Shown: positions 48,615 to 59,743, numbered from the stretch's first letter. The stretch: 61,617 nt of DNA from Nitrospina sp. (GCA_018702695.1 JABIYR010000072.1:1-61617), one strand, 5' to 3'. Made by a program: numbers and translations. Notes: generated by a model from the letters alone, not told the origin.

Positions 48615-51112
48615 TGGACAACAATATTTACAAGCTTTTTGGGAATGACGATGACCTTTTTGACTTCTTTGCCCTCGGTCCATTCTTTAATTTTTGAATC
48701 TTCAAGGCATTGGGCTTTCAAGTCGTCATTACTTATGCCAGATGCAACTGAAATTTTCTGCCTCACCTTACCATTGACCTGAAGGACGATCAACATTTCA
48801 TCCGTTTGAGTCAAGGCTTCGATGTATTGGGGCCAAGTCATTTTATCTAGGGTTTCAGAAAATCCAATCTGAGACCCCAATTCCTCAGCCAAATGGGGAG
48901 CGAAGGGCGATAGGGTTAGGATTAAAGTTTCGAGGGTTTCTCGAACGGCCCTTTGCGCGGGTTCACTCTGGTTGTTTTCATCACTCCACCATTCCTTGAA
49001 GTTGAAGAGATGATTGACGAGTTCCATAATTGCCGCAATGGCGGTATTGAACTGCAACCTTTTTTCGATGTCATCGGTCACTCGCCTTATGGTGATATGG
49101 GTCATTCTGCGCAAGGCTTTAATTTCTGGCGTGGAGGTGGTGAAAGATTCCCCAGGCAATGGCACTGCTTGGATGTTCGCGCCGAGTTCGCCAAAAATAC
49201 GCCAGACGCGACCTAAAAATCGAGAGGCTCCTTCAACACCTTGGTCACTCCACTCCAAGTCTTTCACGGGTGGGGCCGCAAATAAGATGAATACTCTTGC
49301 TGTGTCCGCTCCATAAGCACGGATGATTTCATCCGGGTCCACAACATTGCCTTTAGATTTGGACATTTTAGTCCCATCTTTAATGACCATGCCTTGTGTC
49401 AGCAAATGCGCAAAAGGCTCTGGAATCGTGGTCAAATCGAGATCGTTCATGACCAGATTGAAAAATCGAGAATAAAGAAGGTGCAAAATAGCATGCTCGA
49501 TACCGCCAACATACTGATCGACGGGCATCCAGTAATCATTGTCTTCTTTGCTGAAAGGGGCTTGCTCTGACCGGGGTGAGGTGTAGCGGTCAAAATACCA
49601 TGAAGAGCAAACAAATGTATCCAGCGTGTCGGTATCGCGACGGGCATTGCCACCACATTTTGGACAGGTGGTTTTATAAAAAGACTCCAGACTATGCAGA
49701 GGAGATTGGCCTTGCGCACCCAATTGTGCATCAAGCGGCAACTCGATGGGCAGTTGGTCTTCAGGCACGGGCACGATCCCACAATCAGAACAATGAATGA
49801 CCGGAATCGGTGTGCCCCAATAGCGTTGCCGAGAAACCCCCCAGTCGCGGAGCCGATAGTTGATGGTGGCTTTTCCTATGCCTTCTTTATCCAAAAATTC
49901 GCAAACCGCCTTACGGGCTTTCTGACCGATCAAGCCATCGAATGCACCGGAATGAACCATAGCACCTTCTGCGGTGAAGGCTTCTGTCAAAGTCTCAGCA
50001 TCGAGTGCAGGGGCTTCAGGCTGAATGACGACTCGGACGGGTAAATTATATTTTCGGGCAAAATCCAAGTCGCGCTGATCATGAGCCGGAACCGACATGA
50101 TTGCGCCTGTGCCATAATCCATGAGGACAAAATTTGCCGTCCATACAGGGATTGACTCTCCCGTCAAAGGGTTCCTCGCATACGCACCGGTGAACACGCC
50201 TTGTTTTTCTCCGCCTTCACTGGTTCGCGCGATGGTGTCTTGATCCTTTACATTGCTTACAAAATCTCCAATGGCTTTTTCTTGTTCGGTTCCGCGCGCC
50301 AGTTTTGCGGTGAGCGGATGTTCGGGAGCCAACACCATGAACATGGCTCCATATAAAGTGTCGGGGCGGGTGGTGAATACTTTAACCACTTCATCGCTGT
50401 CTTGGATTTTAAAGTCAACCTCAGCGCCGAAACTTTTCCCGATCCAGTTTGTTTGCATGGTCAATACCTGTTCCGGCCATTTCCCAGACAGGGTTTTGCA
50501 ACCGTCTAAAAGACGGTCAGCATAATCGGTGATTTTGAAAAACCAGCCCTCTTGTTGTTTTTGTAAGACTTCGTTATCACATCGCCAACAACAACCATCG
50601 ACCACTTGTTCGTTGGCGAGCACGGTATGGCAATCTTCGCACCAGTTGATGGTGGAGTTTTTACGATATGCGAGCCCTTTTTCCAATAATTTCAGAAAAA
50701 GCCATTGGTTCCACTTATAATAACCGGGGTGGCAGGTGGCGATCTCACGATCCCAATCGTAGCTGAACCCCAATGCCTGAATCTGTTTTCGCATGGTGCG
50801 GATGTTTTCAAATGTCCATTGGGCAGGGTGGCTTTTGTTTTTGATGGCGGCGTTTTCTGCGGGCATCCCGAATGCATCCCAGCCTAAGGGGTGCATGACG
50901 TTATAGCCTTGCATGCGTTTGAATCGGGCCAATGCATCGCCGATGGAATAGTTGCGGACATGTCCCATATGGATTCTTCCGGAAGGGTAGGGGAACATTT
51001 CTAACAAATAGTATTTTTTTTTGGAAGAATCGGCTTCAACTTTAAATGTTTTATGTTCTTCCCAATGAGCCTGCCATTTGGCTTCGATGGAATTGGGGTC
51101 GTAGGGGGTCAT
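48611..51112 (-). CDS. leuS: Leucyl-tRNA synthetase
   Basis: MFPYPSG-HMGH, GGIEHAILHLLY, KMSKS. Confidence 0.97.
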   Translation of the reverse strand: MTPYDPNSIEAKWQAHWEEHKTFKVEADSSKKKYYLLEMFPYPSGRIHMGHVRNYSIGDALARFKRMQGYNVMHPLGWDAFGMPAENAAIKNKSHPAQWTFENIRTMRKQIQALGFSYDWDREIATCHPGYYKWNQWLFLKLLEKGLAYRKNSTINWCEDCHTVLANEQVVDGCCWRCDNEVLQKQQEGWFFKITDYADRLLDGCKTLSGKWPEQVLTMQTNWIGKSFGAEVDFKIQDSDEVVKVFTTRPDTLYGAMFMVLAPEHPLTAKLARGTEQEKAIGDFVSNVKDQDTIARTSEGGEKQGVFTGAYARNPLTGESIPVWTANFVLMDYGTGAIMSVPAHDQRDLDFARKYNLPVRVVIQPEAPALDAETLTEAFTAEGAMVHSGAFDGLIGQKARKAVCEFLDKEGIGKATINYRLRDWGVSRQRYWGTPIPVIHCSDCGIVPVPEDQLPIELPLDAQLGAQGQSPLHSLESFYKTTCPKCGGNARRDTDTLDTFVCSSWYFDRYTSPRSEQAPFSKEDNDYWMPVDQYVGGIEHAILHLLYSRFFNLVMNDLDLTTIPEPFAHLLTQGMVIKDGTKMSKSKGNVVDPDEIIRAYGADTARVFILFAAPPVKDLEWSDQGVEGASRFLGRVWRIFGELGANIQAVPLPGESFTTSTPEIKALRRMTHITIRRVTDDIEKRLQFNTAIAAIMELVNHLFNFKEWWSDENNQSEPAQRAVRETLETLILTLSPFAPHLAEELGSQIGFSETLDKMTWPQYIEALTQTDEMLIVLQVNGKVRQKISVASGISNDDLKAQCLEDSKIKEWTEGKEVKKVIVIPKKLVNIVVQ

Positions 51113-51257
51113 AGAATGGGCGCTATCCATAAAAAGAGTGAATTAATTTTAAGAGTATGAATTTTAACACAAAGCCGGTGGCAAAACATTTTCTAGCCAG
51201 AAAAAGCAAATCTCCTCTGCGTAATTCAATATTAACCTTGTCACCCCTACTCCTAGC

Positions 51258-52679
51258 ATGACCGAGATGTCGGGAACCATTGCAATCATTTTTGTTCTGT
51301 ATGTGCTGGCCATGCTTGCCATTGGCGTGTGGACTTCTCGCAAGACGCACTCAGCGCTTGATTTTTTTCTCGCAGACCGATCTTTGAAAGCCTGGGTGAC
51401 GGCAATTTCATCCACCGCCAGTTCAGAAAGTGCTTGGGCGGTGCTGGGAACGGTGGGTTTGGCCTATAAGGAGGGTTTGTCGGCAATATGGTTCATGCCC
51501 GGTTGCCTGCTGGGCTATCTCATTAACTGGCTGTTCTTGGCCGAGAAATTGCGTAAACATTCCGTAGAGAACCACTCCATCACCTTGCCTGATTATTTTG
51601 AAAATTATTTTAAAGACAAGACATCTATTTTACGCGTGATATCGGTGGTGATCATATTTTCCTGCATGATGGCCTATGTGGCGGCGCAATTCACCGCTAT
51701 AGGAAAAACCTTCGATGCTGTTTTTGGTATTCCTCACATTCTCAGTATCTCGATAGGCGGGGCGATTGTGCTGGTTTATACCATGATGGGTGGAGTACGA
51801 GCCGTGGCTTGGACAGATTTTGCGCAAGGAATCATTATGGTGGCGGGTTTGGTCATCCTTTCATTGACGGCATTTTTTCATTTGGGAGGTTTCTCTGGCA
51901 TGTGGTCGCAGGTGGGGAGTGTATCGCCTGAAACCCTGACATGGATGGGTGGAAAGCCCACTTCCGTATTTTTAGGTTCGATAGTGGGTCTATTAGGGAT
52001 TGGGCTTGGCTACCCGGGTCAACCGCATGTTCTCACCCGATACATGGCGGCGAAAGATACCCAAACCATTGAACGAGGTACTTGGATTGCCTTGGCTTGG
52101 GGACTGTTGGTTTATTCATCGTCTATTCTATTGGGAATTTGCGGACAGGCTTTGTTCCCAGGGTTGGAGGACCCCGAGTATCTATTTCCCAAGGCGGCTG
52201 AACAATTACTGCCAACTTTGCTGACGGCAATTGTCTTGACGGGGGTTTTGGCGGCTATCATGTCGACCGTGTCGGCGCAGTTATTGGTGGCGGCCTCGGC
52301 GGTGGCGCATGATGTCTACTCCAAAATGCTCAAGAAGACTCTCTCGCATGCAAGAATTCTTTGGGTCAGCCGGGCTACGGTTTTAGTGCTGGGGCTGGGG
52401 GCGATGTTCATTGCGTTGGGGGAAACGCGAGTCATATTTTGGTTTGTATTGTTTGCTTGGTCGGGGTTGGGTGCAAGTTTTGGCCCGTTGATTTTATTTA
52501 CTCTGTACTCGAAAAATATAACCCGACAAGGGGCCATCGCAGGAATGTTGACCGGGTTTTTAACCACCCTCATTTGGAAAGTCACCGGCCTGTCAGAGTC
52601 TTTAATTTACGAGCTGGTTCCGGCCTTCATTTTTGCCAGCTTGAGTATCTATGTCGTCAGCAAAATAACAGCGAAATGA
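51258..52679 (+). CDS. Sodium:solute symporter (PutP/OpuE-like proline symporter)
   Basis: ~13 TMs, AWTD, LGYPGQPH, AAIMST, AWSGLGASFGP. Confidence 0.88.
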   Translation: MTEMSGTIAIIFVLYVLAMLAIGVWTSRKTHSALDFFLADRSLKAWVTAISSTASSESAWAVLGTVGLAYKEGLSAIWFMPGCLLGYLINWLFLAEKLRKHSVENHSITLPDYFENYFKDKTSILRVISVVIIFSCMMAYVAAQFTAIGKTFDAVFGIPHILSISIGGAIVLVYTMMGGVRAVAWTDFAQGIIMVAGLVILSLTAFFHLGGFSGMWSQVGSVSPETLTWMGGKPTSVFLGSIVGLLGIGLGYPGQPHVLTRYMAAKDTQTIERGTWIALAWGLLVYSSSILLGICGQALFPGLEDPEYLFPKAAEQLLPTLLTAIVLTGVLAAIMSTVSAQLLVAASAVAHDVYSKMLKKTLSHARILWVSRATVLVLGLGAMFIALGETRVIFWFVLFAWSGLGASFGPLILFTLYSKNITRQGAIAGMLTGFLTTLIWKVTGLSESLIYELVPAFIFASLSIYVVSKITAK

Positions 52680-52745
52680 TTGAAATTTTTTGGAAAGAAT
52701 GGAGGTTGGAAAGAGCGGAGTGATCATAGAACTCGAACTCTTGGT

Positions 52746-53963
52746 TTACGACATGTCTGTATTCTCTGCAATAGGAAGTTGGACATAGAAATGGCTTCCT
52801 TCCCCCACCTGACTTCTCAGACCTATGGAGCCACCCATTAGCTCAACCAACTCTTTGGTTACTGTGAGGCCAATGCCTGTACCTTCGACCTCTGAATTTT
52901 CTTGCCCCAAGCGGCAAAAAGGCTCGAATAGCTTGCTCTGATCTTCAGGGGATATGCCGGGGCCGGTATCGATGCAATCAAGCTGAAGGAATTTGGAATT
53001 TATAGCTTTGCAAGCCACGGTGACAGAACCGCTTTTGCGATTATATTTAATGGCGTTGGAGACCAGATTCAAAAGAATTTGTTTTAAGCGGAGCTTGTCA
53101 GTATAGGCGAAGAGGTTCAGGGAAGGATCAAGAATCATGGATAAACGAATGTCATATTCTTGGGCAATGGATTGGAAGATGCCTCCCATTTCTTCTATCA
53201 AGCTGACAACGTTTACCGGCTGAAGGTTTAAGGCGGCATTTCCTGACTCTACTTTGGCGAGGTCAAGAACTTCATTGATGAGATCAAGAAGGTGATTTCC
53301 TGCTTTGAGAATATGGTTTATATTTTCCTGCTGAAGCGGAGTTAAGTTTTTTTCGAAATTCATTCCTAAAATCTGTGAAAAACCTAGAACCGCGTTCATC
53401 GGAGTTCTCAATTCGTGGCTCATTTTGGAAAGAAATTCAGACTTAGCTCGGTTCGCTTTTTCAGCTTCGGCTTTAGAATATAACAATGCTTCCTCAGCCT
53501 TATGTCTTTGGGTTACCTCTCGCGCATAGATGTTGGCGTAGTCTTTACCTTGAACCTTGCAGACCATGAAGGAATAATATTGGCCTGAAACCGGGCACTC
53601 CACTTCCAGAGGTTTTTGCTGACCGAATGCCTGTGAAATTTTTTTGAAAAAAAATTCTGGGAGAACTTTCCCTACTCCTGTTTCCCATGTATCGAGTGCA
53701 AATTGGCTGGCAGAATTGGCATAAAGAATTTCCCCTTCACTCGAGACTCTGAAAACTGGGTTGGGGTTCTCTTGAGGAAAGAGGGCCATATGTGAGGCCT
53801 GAGCTTCTTTAATTTTCAGTTCAGCAATTTCTTTTAGCAGTTCACAATTGTATTCTCGCAATTCGTGTGTTCGAGTTTGGACCTCTTCATCTAATATTTC
53901 TTCGATATTATGAGTGTCCCCCAATACGTTTTTTAATTGTTCGAGGTTTTGAGGAGAACTCAT
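52746..53963 (-). CDS. Soluble PAS sensor histidine kinase
   Basis: ENPNPV...YANSA PAS; MSHELRTPMN; NLVSNAIKY; GTGIGL. Confidence 0.9.
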   Translation of the reverse strand: MSSPQNLEQLKNVLGDTHNIEEILDEEVQTRTHELREYNCELLKEIAELKIKEAQASHMALFPQENPNPVFRVSSEGEILYANSASQFALDTWETGVGKVLPEFFFKKISQAFGQQKPLEVECPVSGQYYSFMVCKVQGKDYANIYAREVTQRHKAEEALLYSKAEAEKANRAKSEFLSKMSHELRTPMNAVLGFSQILGMNFEKNLTPLQQENINHILKAGNHLLDLINEVLDLAKVESGNAALNLQPVNVVSLIEEMGGIFQSIAQEYDIRLSMILDPSLNLFAYTDKLRLKQILLNLVSNAIKYNRKSGSVTVACKAINSKFLQLDCIDTGPGISPEDQSKLFEPFCRLGQENSEVEGTGIGLTVTKELVELMGGSIGLRSQVGEGSHFYVQLPIAENTDMS

Positions 53964-54167
53964 AAAATTATAAGAGGGTGTGTTTCGCCCACGCTAAAAA
54001 AATAATTTTCGAAAAATCTGCTCTCAGTAGAGAGAAAACAGTGTAATGATTTGTTCTATATAATCGCAGGAAAAGACAAGATTTGTAAAGTATTAATATG
54101 ACGCAGATGAGTTGTCAAAAATGATAGGTAGAAACTGGTTGTATATAATTTTTGATGTTGGGGTGGT

Positions 54168-55436
54168 CTACAGGTATTTGGTGATGGTCGCGGTCATGAT
54201 AGCCGAAGCACCTTGTTGTTGGGTTATGAAGGTGCGGGATTTTTGGGCGATTTCTTCAAGGTGACTTTTATTTGCGAGCAGAGTTTGCAATTGCTCACTG
54301 AGGTCTTGTGCATTTTGCACTAGAAAAGCCAGCCCTTGATGGTGAGCCAATTCTGCAACATGACCGATGTTTTCTATGTGAGGGCCATGCAGTACAGGAA
54401 GGCCATGCGATAAGGGTTCGATGAGGCTATGGCCTCCTCCCGGTTTTATCAGGCTGTTGCCGACAAATGCTATCTGCCCAAGAGCGTACACCTGAGCCAA
54501 CTCTCCAATGGAGTCGAGTAAGATTATTGACTGCGGTGCTTCATCACCCTGCGAGGATCGATAGGAAAAAGTAAATGAGTTCATTTTGATTAACGTGGCG
54601 ACCTCTTGTGTCCGCTCTATTCTACGCGGCGCGAGAATGAGAACGAGATCGGGGAGCGGTTTCAACAATTGTCGGTATGCGTTCAATATGACTTCTTCTT
54701 CGCCAGCATGAGTGCTTCCGGCGACCCATACCTGAGTATGTGTGTCCAATTTAAAAGTCTGTCTTAACCGACCTTCTTCTTCTTGCGTCATTATTGGGAG
54801 GGCATCGTATTTTGGGTCGCCAATTACGGTTATTTTCATAGGGTTCGCGCCTAAAGCTAGAGCGGCTTGCTCAGCCTGAATATTTTGCATGCAAAGCTGG
54901 CGGAATTTTTGAAAGGTTTCTTTGAAAAGAGACCCTATTCGCAGGTAGCGTTGGAGAGACCGTTGTGAGATGCGGCCATTGAATAAAAGTGCTGGGCATT
55001 TCTTTCTATGCAGTAAGTCGATCAAGCCGGGCCAGAACCCGGTATCGGTCACGACATAAAGATCGGGGTTAATGCGATGCAAAGCCATCTGCGTGAAAGG
55101 CAGGCAGTCTAGGGGGTGGAAAAACAGACTGTCCACAAAGTCCAGATTGAGGGCGGTGGAATAACCGGAGTCTGTGGTGACAGAGAGCGCGATATACAGG
55201 TCGGGGTTTTGTTCTCGAACCTGTTTGAGAACAGGGGTGGCGGCAATGACCTCACCCATTGACAGTGCTTGCAGCCACAAGGTTTTTTCACTGGCCCTGT
55301 TTTTAGCAGGCACCCATCCAAAATGATGCGCCAGCCCTTTCCATTTATGTTGGGAGAACAAAGAAACCAGGGTGAACAGAGGAACTAGAAGGATGACTGC
55401 GAAAATAGAAAGAAGGTGATAGAAAAATATCATCAA
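54168..55436 (-). CDS. Kdo transferase paralog (divergent WaaA-like)
   Basis: WLQALSMGE, NGRIS, GDPKYD, AGSTH, LAPR, GGHSLIEP. Confidence 0.82.
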   Translation of the reverse strand: MMIFFYHLLSIFAVILLVPLFTLVSLFSQHKWKGLAHHFGWVPAKNRASEKTLWLQALSMGEVIAATPVLKQVREQNPDLYIALSVTTDSGYSTALNLDFVDSLFFHPLDCLPFTQMALHRINPDLYVVTDTGFWPGLIDLLHRKKCPALLFNGRISQRSLQRYLRIGSLFKETFQKFRQLCMQNIQAEQAALALGANPMKITVIGDPKYDALPIMTQEEEGRLRQTFKLDTHTQVWVAGSTHAGEEEVILNAYRQLLKPLPDLVLILAPRRIERTQEVATLIKMNSFTFSYRSSQGDEAPQSIILLDSIGELAQVYALGQIAFVGNSLIKPGGGHSLIEPLSHGLPVLHGPHIENIGHVAELAHHQGLAFLVQNAQDLSEQLQTLLANKSHLEEIAQKSRTFITQQQGASAIMTATITKYL

Positions 55437-55440
55437 ATAT

Positions 55441-56682
55441 TTAGCGGACGAGTTCTAGGTTTTTGCGTAAGGCCCCGCCATTCGTTTTCACCGTTGTTGC
55501 GGCTAGCTCGCCGAGTTTTTGGCATTCGGCGGGGTTTTTAAGGAGACGGGCCAAATTAGGGGCAAGCTCTTCTATGTTTTGCATTTGAATGCCGCCACCG
55601 GATTGCGTGAGAAGTTTTGCTTCTTCCTCAAAATTACTCATGAATTTACCGAACAAGACGGGTGTTCCAAACCCTGCTGGTTCGAGAATGTTATGTCCGC
55701 CAAAACGAGGATTGAACCCGCCGCCGACATAGGCCACCGTTGCATTTTTGTAAAAAGAATTGAGCTTGCCAAGGCTGTCCACCAGCAATACCGTTCCTGC
55801 CCAGTTTGAGAGGTCGTCTTGTTGTGAGAGCAAGGTGTAATCTGTTTTAAACTCTCGGATCAGGTCTTCGACTTCTCGACACCTTCGCATATGCCTGGGG
55901 GCGATCACCCCGACTGAGTTCGGGAACTCTTTTCGCAGTTCAACGAGTGCTTCCATTATGGGCCCCTCTTCCCCCGGTCGAGTGGACCCAAAAACCAGAA
56001 TGGTTTTATCCGTTTTCCACTCTTGCTGAAGGTCATTTTCTGTTTGCACTGTCGTTAAATCAAATTTTATATTGCCAGTGACAAGAATTTTTTCTTTCGC
56101 GATGCCCAATTGTTGCAACCGATCTGCATCCGTTGCTGACCGCATTGAAAATTTTTGGATGGCTTGTGTCATCCATAAAAAGAAAGCTTTGAAGAGGCCA
56201 TATCGCTGGACAGATTTTTCAGAAACCCTTCCATTCATCTGCACCACAGGAATAGATCGAGACTGGCATTGCCGTAGTAGTACAGGCCATAGCTCCGCTT
56301 CAATCAGAATCAACTGGGAGGGCTGGATGTGCTCAAAGACCGGGTTCAGCCATATTGGGAAATCCAGAGGCAGACGGAAAACATTGGGAAGGTTTTCCTC
56401 TTTAGCCAATGCGTAACCGGTCGGGCTAAAAGTAGACAATGCGATGGGGCGGGTTTCCCCCTCTTGTATGAGACCCGCAATGATAGTTTTAGCCAGACGG
56501 ACTTCGCCAACCGACGAAGCGTGAAGCCAAAGCGTGTTTTGTAATTTTGGCAACAAGCTGGCTCCCGTCATTCTTTCCTTGAGTTGATTGCGGAAAGATG
56601 AAGAGATCAGTGCTCTCAGAAGAATAAAAGGAGAGGCTAAAAGTAGTAGCCCTCCGGTCAGAATATAATATAGAAAATCCAT
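55441..56682 (-). CDS. waaA: 3-deoxy-D-manno-octulosonic acid transferase
   Basis: WLHASSVGE, EAELWP, GNIKFD, APRH, GGHNILEPA. Confidence 0.9.
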   Translation of the reverse strand: MDFLYYILTGGLLLLASPFILLRALISSSFRNQLKERMTGASLLPKLQNTLWLHASSVGEVRLAKTIIAGLIQEGETRPIALSTFSPTGYALAKEENLPNVFRLPLDFPIWLNPVFEHIQPSQLILIEAELWPVLLRQCQSRSIPVVQMNGRVSEKSVQRYGLFKAFFLWMTQAIQKFSMRSATDADRLQQLGIAKEKILVTGNIKFDLTTVQTENDLQQEWKTDKTILVFGSTRPGEEGPIMEALVELRKEFPNSVGVIAPRHMRRCREVEDLIREFKTDYTLLSQQDDLSNWAGTVLLVDSLGKLNSFYKNATVAYVGGGFNPRFGGHNILEPAGFGTPVLFGKFMSNFEEEAKLLTQSGGGIQMQNIEELAPNLARLLKNPAECQKLGELAATTVKTNGGALRKNLELVR

Positions 56683-56729
56683 AACGTGGGAGTATACTCC
56701 TAAAACACTTTAAATTTGGCTGAAAATTA

Positions 56730-57812
56730 ATGTCAGAAATTTTTTATAAAGTCATAGCACCTGATAGAAAATGGTATTTGCTTCCTGTTTTTGGAGTTTT
56801 GAAGCTCTTTTCCTTTTTTTATTCATGCGCACATCAGTTTCGTCTTTGGGCCTATCGATGGGGCGGGCTTCCCCGTCGCAAATTAGATTGCCGGGTGATC
56901 AGCGTTGGCAATTTAACATTAGGGGGAACAGGAAAAACCCCCTTTGTCATGATGATTGCCGAAACACTCAGGGGTAATGGGATGAAGCCGGCTATTCTCA
57001 GCCGAGGTTATGGTGGCGAATCACGTGAGCCAGTTAATGTGGTGTGCGATGGCAAGAAAACTCTTCTTTCTCCTGAATGGGCGGGTGATGAAGCGGTCAT
57101 GATGGCAGATAAACTCAAAAACGTGCCGGTTTTAACCGGGCCAGACCGTTATCAAACGGGGCAGTATGCGTTGCAACATTTTGATGTGGATACTTTGATT
57201 CTGGATGATGGATTTCAACATCTGGCCTTGAAACGAGATCTGGATATCCTGCTTTTTGACCATGCCAGACCGTTAGGCAATGGTCATCTTTTTCCCGCTG
57301 GGGAGTTGCGTGAACCGGCGAAAGAAACAAAAAGAGCTGATATGGTTTGCTTCACGCGTTATTCAGGCGGCCCGGTTGATTTTGACCCTCAGCTATTAGA
57401 GTCTGTGCCGCAGGTCAAAACGCATCTGCGTCTCGATTCGATCATTCGCATGAGTGATGAGGAGGTGTTGGACGCTGAGATATTAAAGGGCGAGCCCGTT
57501 GCGGCGTTCTGTGGCATTGCCAAGCCGGAGGGGTTTCGACAGATTTTATTAGATACACAGATTCAATTAAAATTATTCAGAGCCTTCCCCGATCATCATG
57601 CCTACACCTTAAAGGATATTAAGGATCTGGAGGCGAGTGCTGAAAAAGAAGGCGTTCGCTTCATTTTAATTTCAGAAAAAGATGCGGTGAAGCTGAAAAA
57701 TATGAAACTCACCGGGCCATTTTTTAAAGTTGTGATTGAACTCGAAATTCTCGAAGGGCGGGAAACCTTCAATAAACAAATCACCGCTCGGCGCGGGGTC
57801 AACGATGTTTGA
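56730..57812 (+). CDS. lpxK: Tetraacyldisaccharide 4'-kinase
   Basis: VGNLTLGGTGKTP, SRGYG, GDE, LDDGFQH, FPDHH, EKDAVK. Confidence 0.95.
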   Translation: MSEIFYKVIAPDRKWYLLPVFGVLKLFSFFYSCAHQFRLWAYRWGGLPRRKLDCRVISVGNLTLGGTGKTPFVMMIAETLRGNGMKPAILSRGYGGESREPVNVVCDGKKTLLSPEWAGDEAVMMADKLKNVPVLTGPDRYQTGQYALQHFDVDTLILDDGFQHLALKRDLDILLFDHARPLGNGHLFPAGELREPAKETKRADMVCFTRYSGGPVDFDPQLLESVPQVKTHLRLDSIIRMSDEEVLDAEILKGEPVAAFCGIAKPEGFRQILLDTQIQLKLFRAFPDHHAYTLKDIKDLEASAEKEGVRFILISEKDAVKLKNMKLTGPFFKVVIELEILEGRETFNKQITARRGVNDV

Positions 57813-57947
57813 TCGAGCGCATCTTCTCAGTATTGAAAGCGATTCTCCGTTTCTTAAAAGGACAAGCGGCTGTGTAAATATTAAGTTTTTTTCTTGCTCA
57901 TTTGCTCAGGCAATGTTCGGGTTTAAGAATGGGTTGAATGATTTTCA

Positions 57948-58406
57948 ATGATAGATTTTAAATCCCTCAGTTCAAATCAGCGGTTTGTGTTGAATATTTT
58001 GGTGCCGCTGTCTTATCTGTTTCCTTTAGTGTTGGCATACTTAGGGCCGAAGAATTTTGGCTTCGGGTTTCCGGGCCTTGTCTACGCGGGTTTATCTGTG
58101 GGGGCGGTGGGAGTTTTATTGTGGATCGCCGCAACATGGACTTTAGGATCTTCGCTTGCGGTGCTACCGGGAACCGATCAATTGGTCACGAAAGGGGTCT
58201 ACCGCGTTTTTCGTCACCCGATTTATGTGGGCATTGTTCTGACTTTGACCGGGTTGTTCATTGCTTGTGGGTCTGCCTTGTGTTTGGTTTATGTTTTAGT
58301 GGTGGTGATTCCCTTGAATATCTTCAGGGCCAGAGCAGAAGAGCAAGTGTTGTTACAACAATTAGGCCCGCCTTATCAACGTTACCGTGACTCGACCATT
58401 CTATGA
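57948..58406 (+). CDS. ICMT/PEMT-family membrane methyltransferase
   Basis: LVTKGVYRVFRHPIYVG, RARAEE...Y..Y. Confidence 0.85.
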   Translation: MIDFKSLSSNQRFVLNILVPLSYLFPLVLAYLGPKNFGFGFPGLVYAGLSVGAVGVLLWIAATWTLGSSLAVLPGTDQLVTKGVYRVFRHPIYVGIVLTLTGLFIACGSALCLVYVLVVVIPLNIFRARAEEQVLLQQLGPPYQRYRDSTIL

Positions 58407-58422
58407 AAACAGGTGTTGTGTC

Positions 58423-59643
58423 ATGGTTTTAAAAATAAAGTTCCGGGCTTTGCTGACTCTGGCGGGAGACTCGATAGAGAATGGCGAGTTGACCATCGAT
58501 GATGGCAGGGTTGTTGCTATCTCAACGTCCTCGACAGGCGGGGTCGATGTTTTAGATTTATCCGATTGTCTGCTCATGCCGGGGTTTGTCAATGCGCATT
58601 GTCATCTCAGCTTGACGGCGCTGAAAAAAAAACTCACTCCTGCTGTTCCATTTATAGATTGGTTGCAAACATTGATTCCGTTGAACGCCAACCTCGATGA
58701 TTCGAGGCGGCTTGAGGGAATTCATGCCGGAGCGGATCAGATGAAACGCTCTGGGGTGACGGCATTGGGAGATTATATTGCGGACCCGGAGCTTCTGGGA
58801 GTGATTGGTGGCTTGGGTTTTCGGTCGGTGCTGTTTCTAGAGACTCTGGGGTTCAATTCTGCCGGAGCGCAATCTCTTTGTAATAAAGTGGAGGCGGTTT
58901 TGCAAGAGACGCCTCCTTCTTCCCTCAGCCGTTGGGGTTTGGCCCCACATGCCCCCTATTCTGTTTCACCAGATTTGTTTCGATGCCTGAGGCAACTGGC
59001 GCAAAAATACCAGTGCCCGCTTTCTTGTCATGTGGCAGAAATTCAAGAAGAGGTGGCATTTCTGAATGAAGGCAATCATGAATTACAAGAACTGCTCAAA
59101 GAAAGGTCTGTCTGGGATGCTCAATGGCAGACACCGAGGAAAACACCCGTTCAGTATTTGAACTCATTGGATGCGCTGAATTCGCTCATTGCCATTCATT
59201 GCAATTTTGTGTCTGCGGATCTTGGATTGATGGCAGAGAAAAAAGTGAGTGCGGTGTTTTGTCCCCAGAGTACATCATGGTTTGGTCGCAATGAATTTAT
59301 GCCGGTTCGTGAGATGCTTGATTTGGGGATAACGGTGGCTTTGGGAACCGATTCGCTGGCGAGCAATGATTCTCTAAATTTTCTGGAAGAATTGCGGGCC
59401 GCAGATAAACTTTTACCAGATGTCAGCCGATCAGAAATACTGAACATGGCAACTCGTTTGGGTGGAGAAGCTCTGGGCTTGCAAAGTGGACACCTCGCTT
59501 GCGGACAAAATGCGGATCTGATTGGGTTTCGTGTTTCCCCTTCTTATTCAGGTTCGTGGTGGGATGTGCCTTTCGAGCCAGACCGTCGGGAAGTGGATTT
59601 TTATATGGTGGATGGCAAACCCGATGCCCTTTCTTCCTGCTAA
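58423..59643 (+). CDS. Amidohydrolase-family deaminase (SsnA/MtaD-like)
   Basis: PGFVNAHCH, PHAPYSV, HVAE, IHC, LGTDS. Confidence 0.88.
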   Translation: MVLKIKFRALLTLAGDSIENGELTIDDGRVVAISTSSTGGVDVLDLSDCLLMPGFVNAHCHLSLTALKKKLTPAVPFIDWLQTLIPLNANLDDSRRLEGIHAGADQMKRSGVTALGDYIADPELLGVIGGLGFRSVLFLETLGFNSAGAQSLCNKVEAVLQETPPSSLSRWGLAPHAPYSVSPDLFRCLRQLAQKYQCPLSCHVAEIQEEVAFLNEGNHELQELLKERSVWDAQWQTPRKTPVQYLNSLDALNSLIAIHCNFVSADLGLMAEKKVSAVFCPQSTSWFGRNEFMPVREMLDLGITVALGTDSLASNDSLNFLEELRAADKLLPDVSRSEILNMATRLGGEALGLQSGHLACGQNADLIGFRVSPSYSGSWWDVPFEPDRREVDFYMVDGKPDALSSC

Positions 59644-59743
59644 CTCATTGAATGTGGTTCTTTGCCAGCGTCAATGGTTGACGGCGAACCGTGTTTTTCG
59701 TATAATCTATTGAAATACAAAGAATTATTGGATTTGAGGTCGC

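Noticed and set aside
57805-57951. Possible Trm112/YcaR-like small gene after lpxK (MFDRAHLLSI...)
   Set aside because: Only faint N-terminal resemblance; no CP..K or YPI..GIP motifs.
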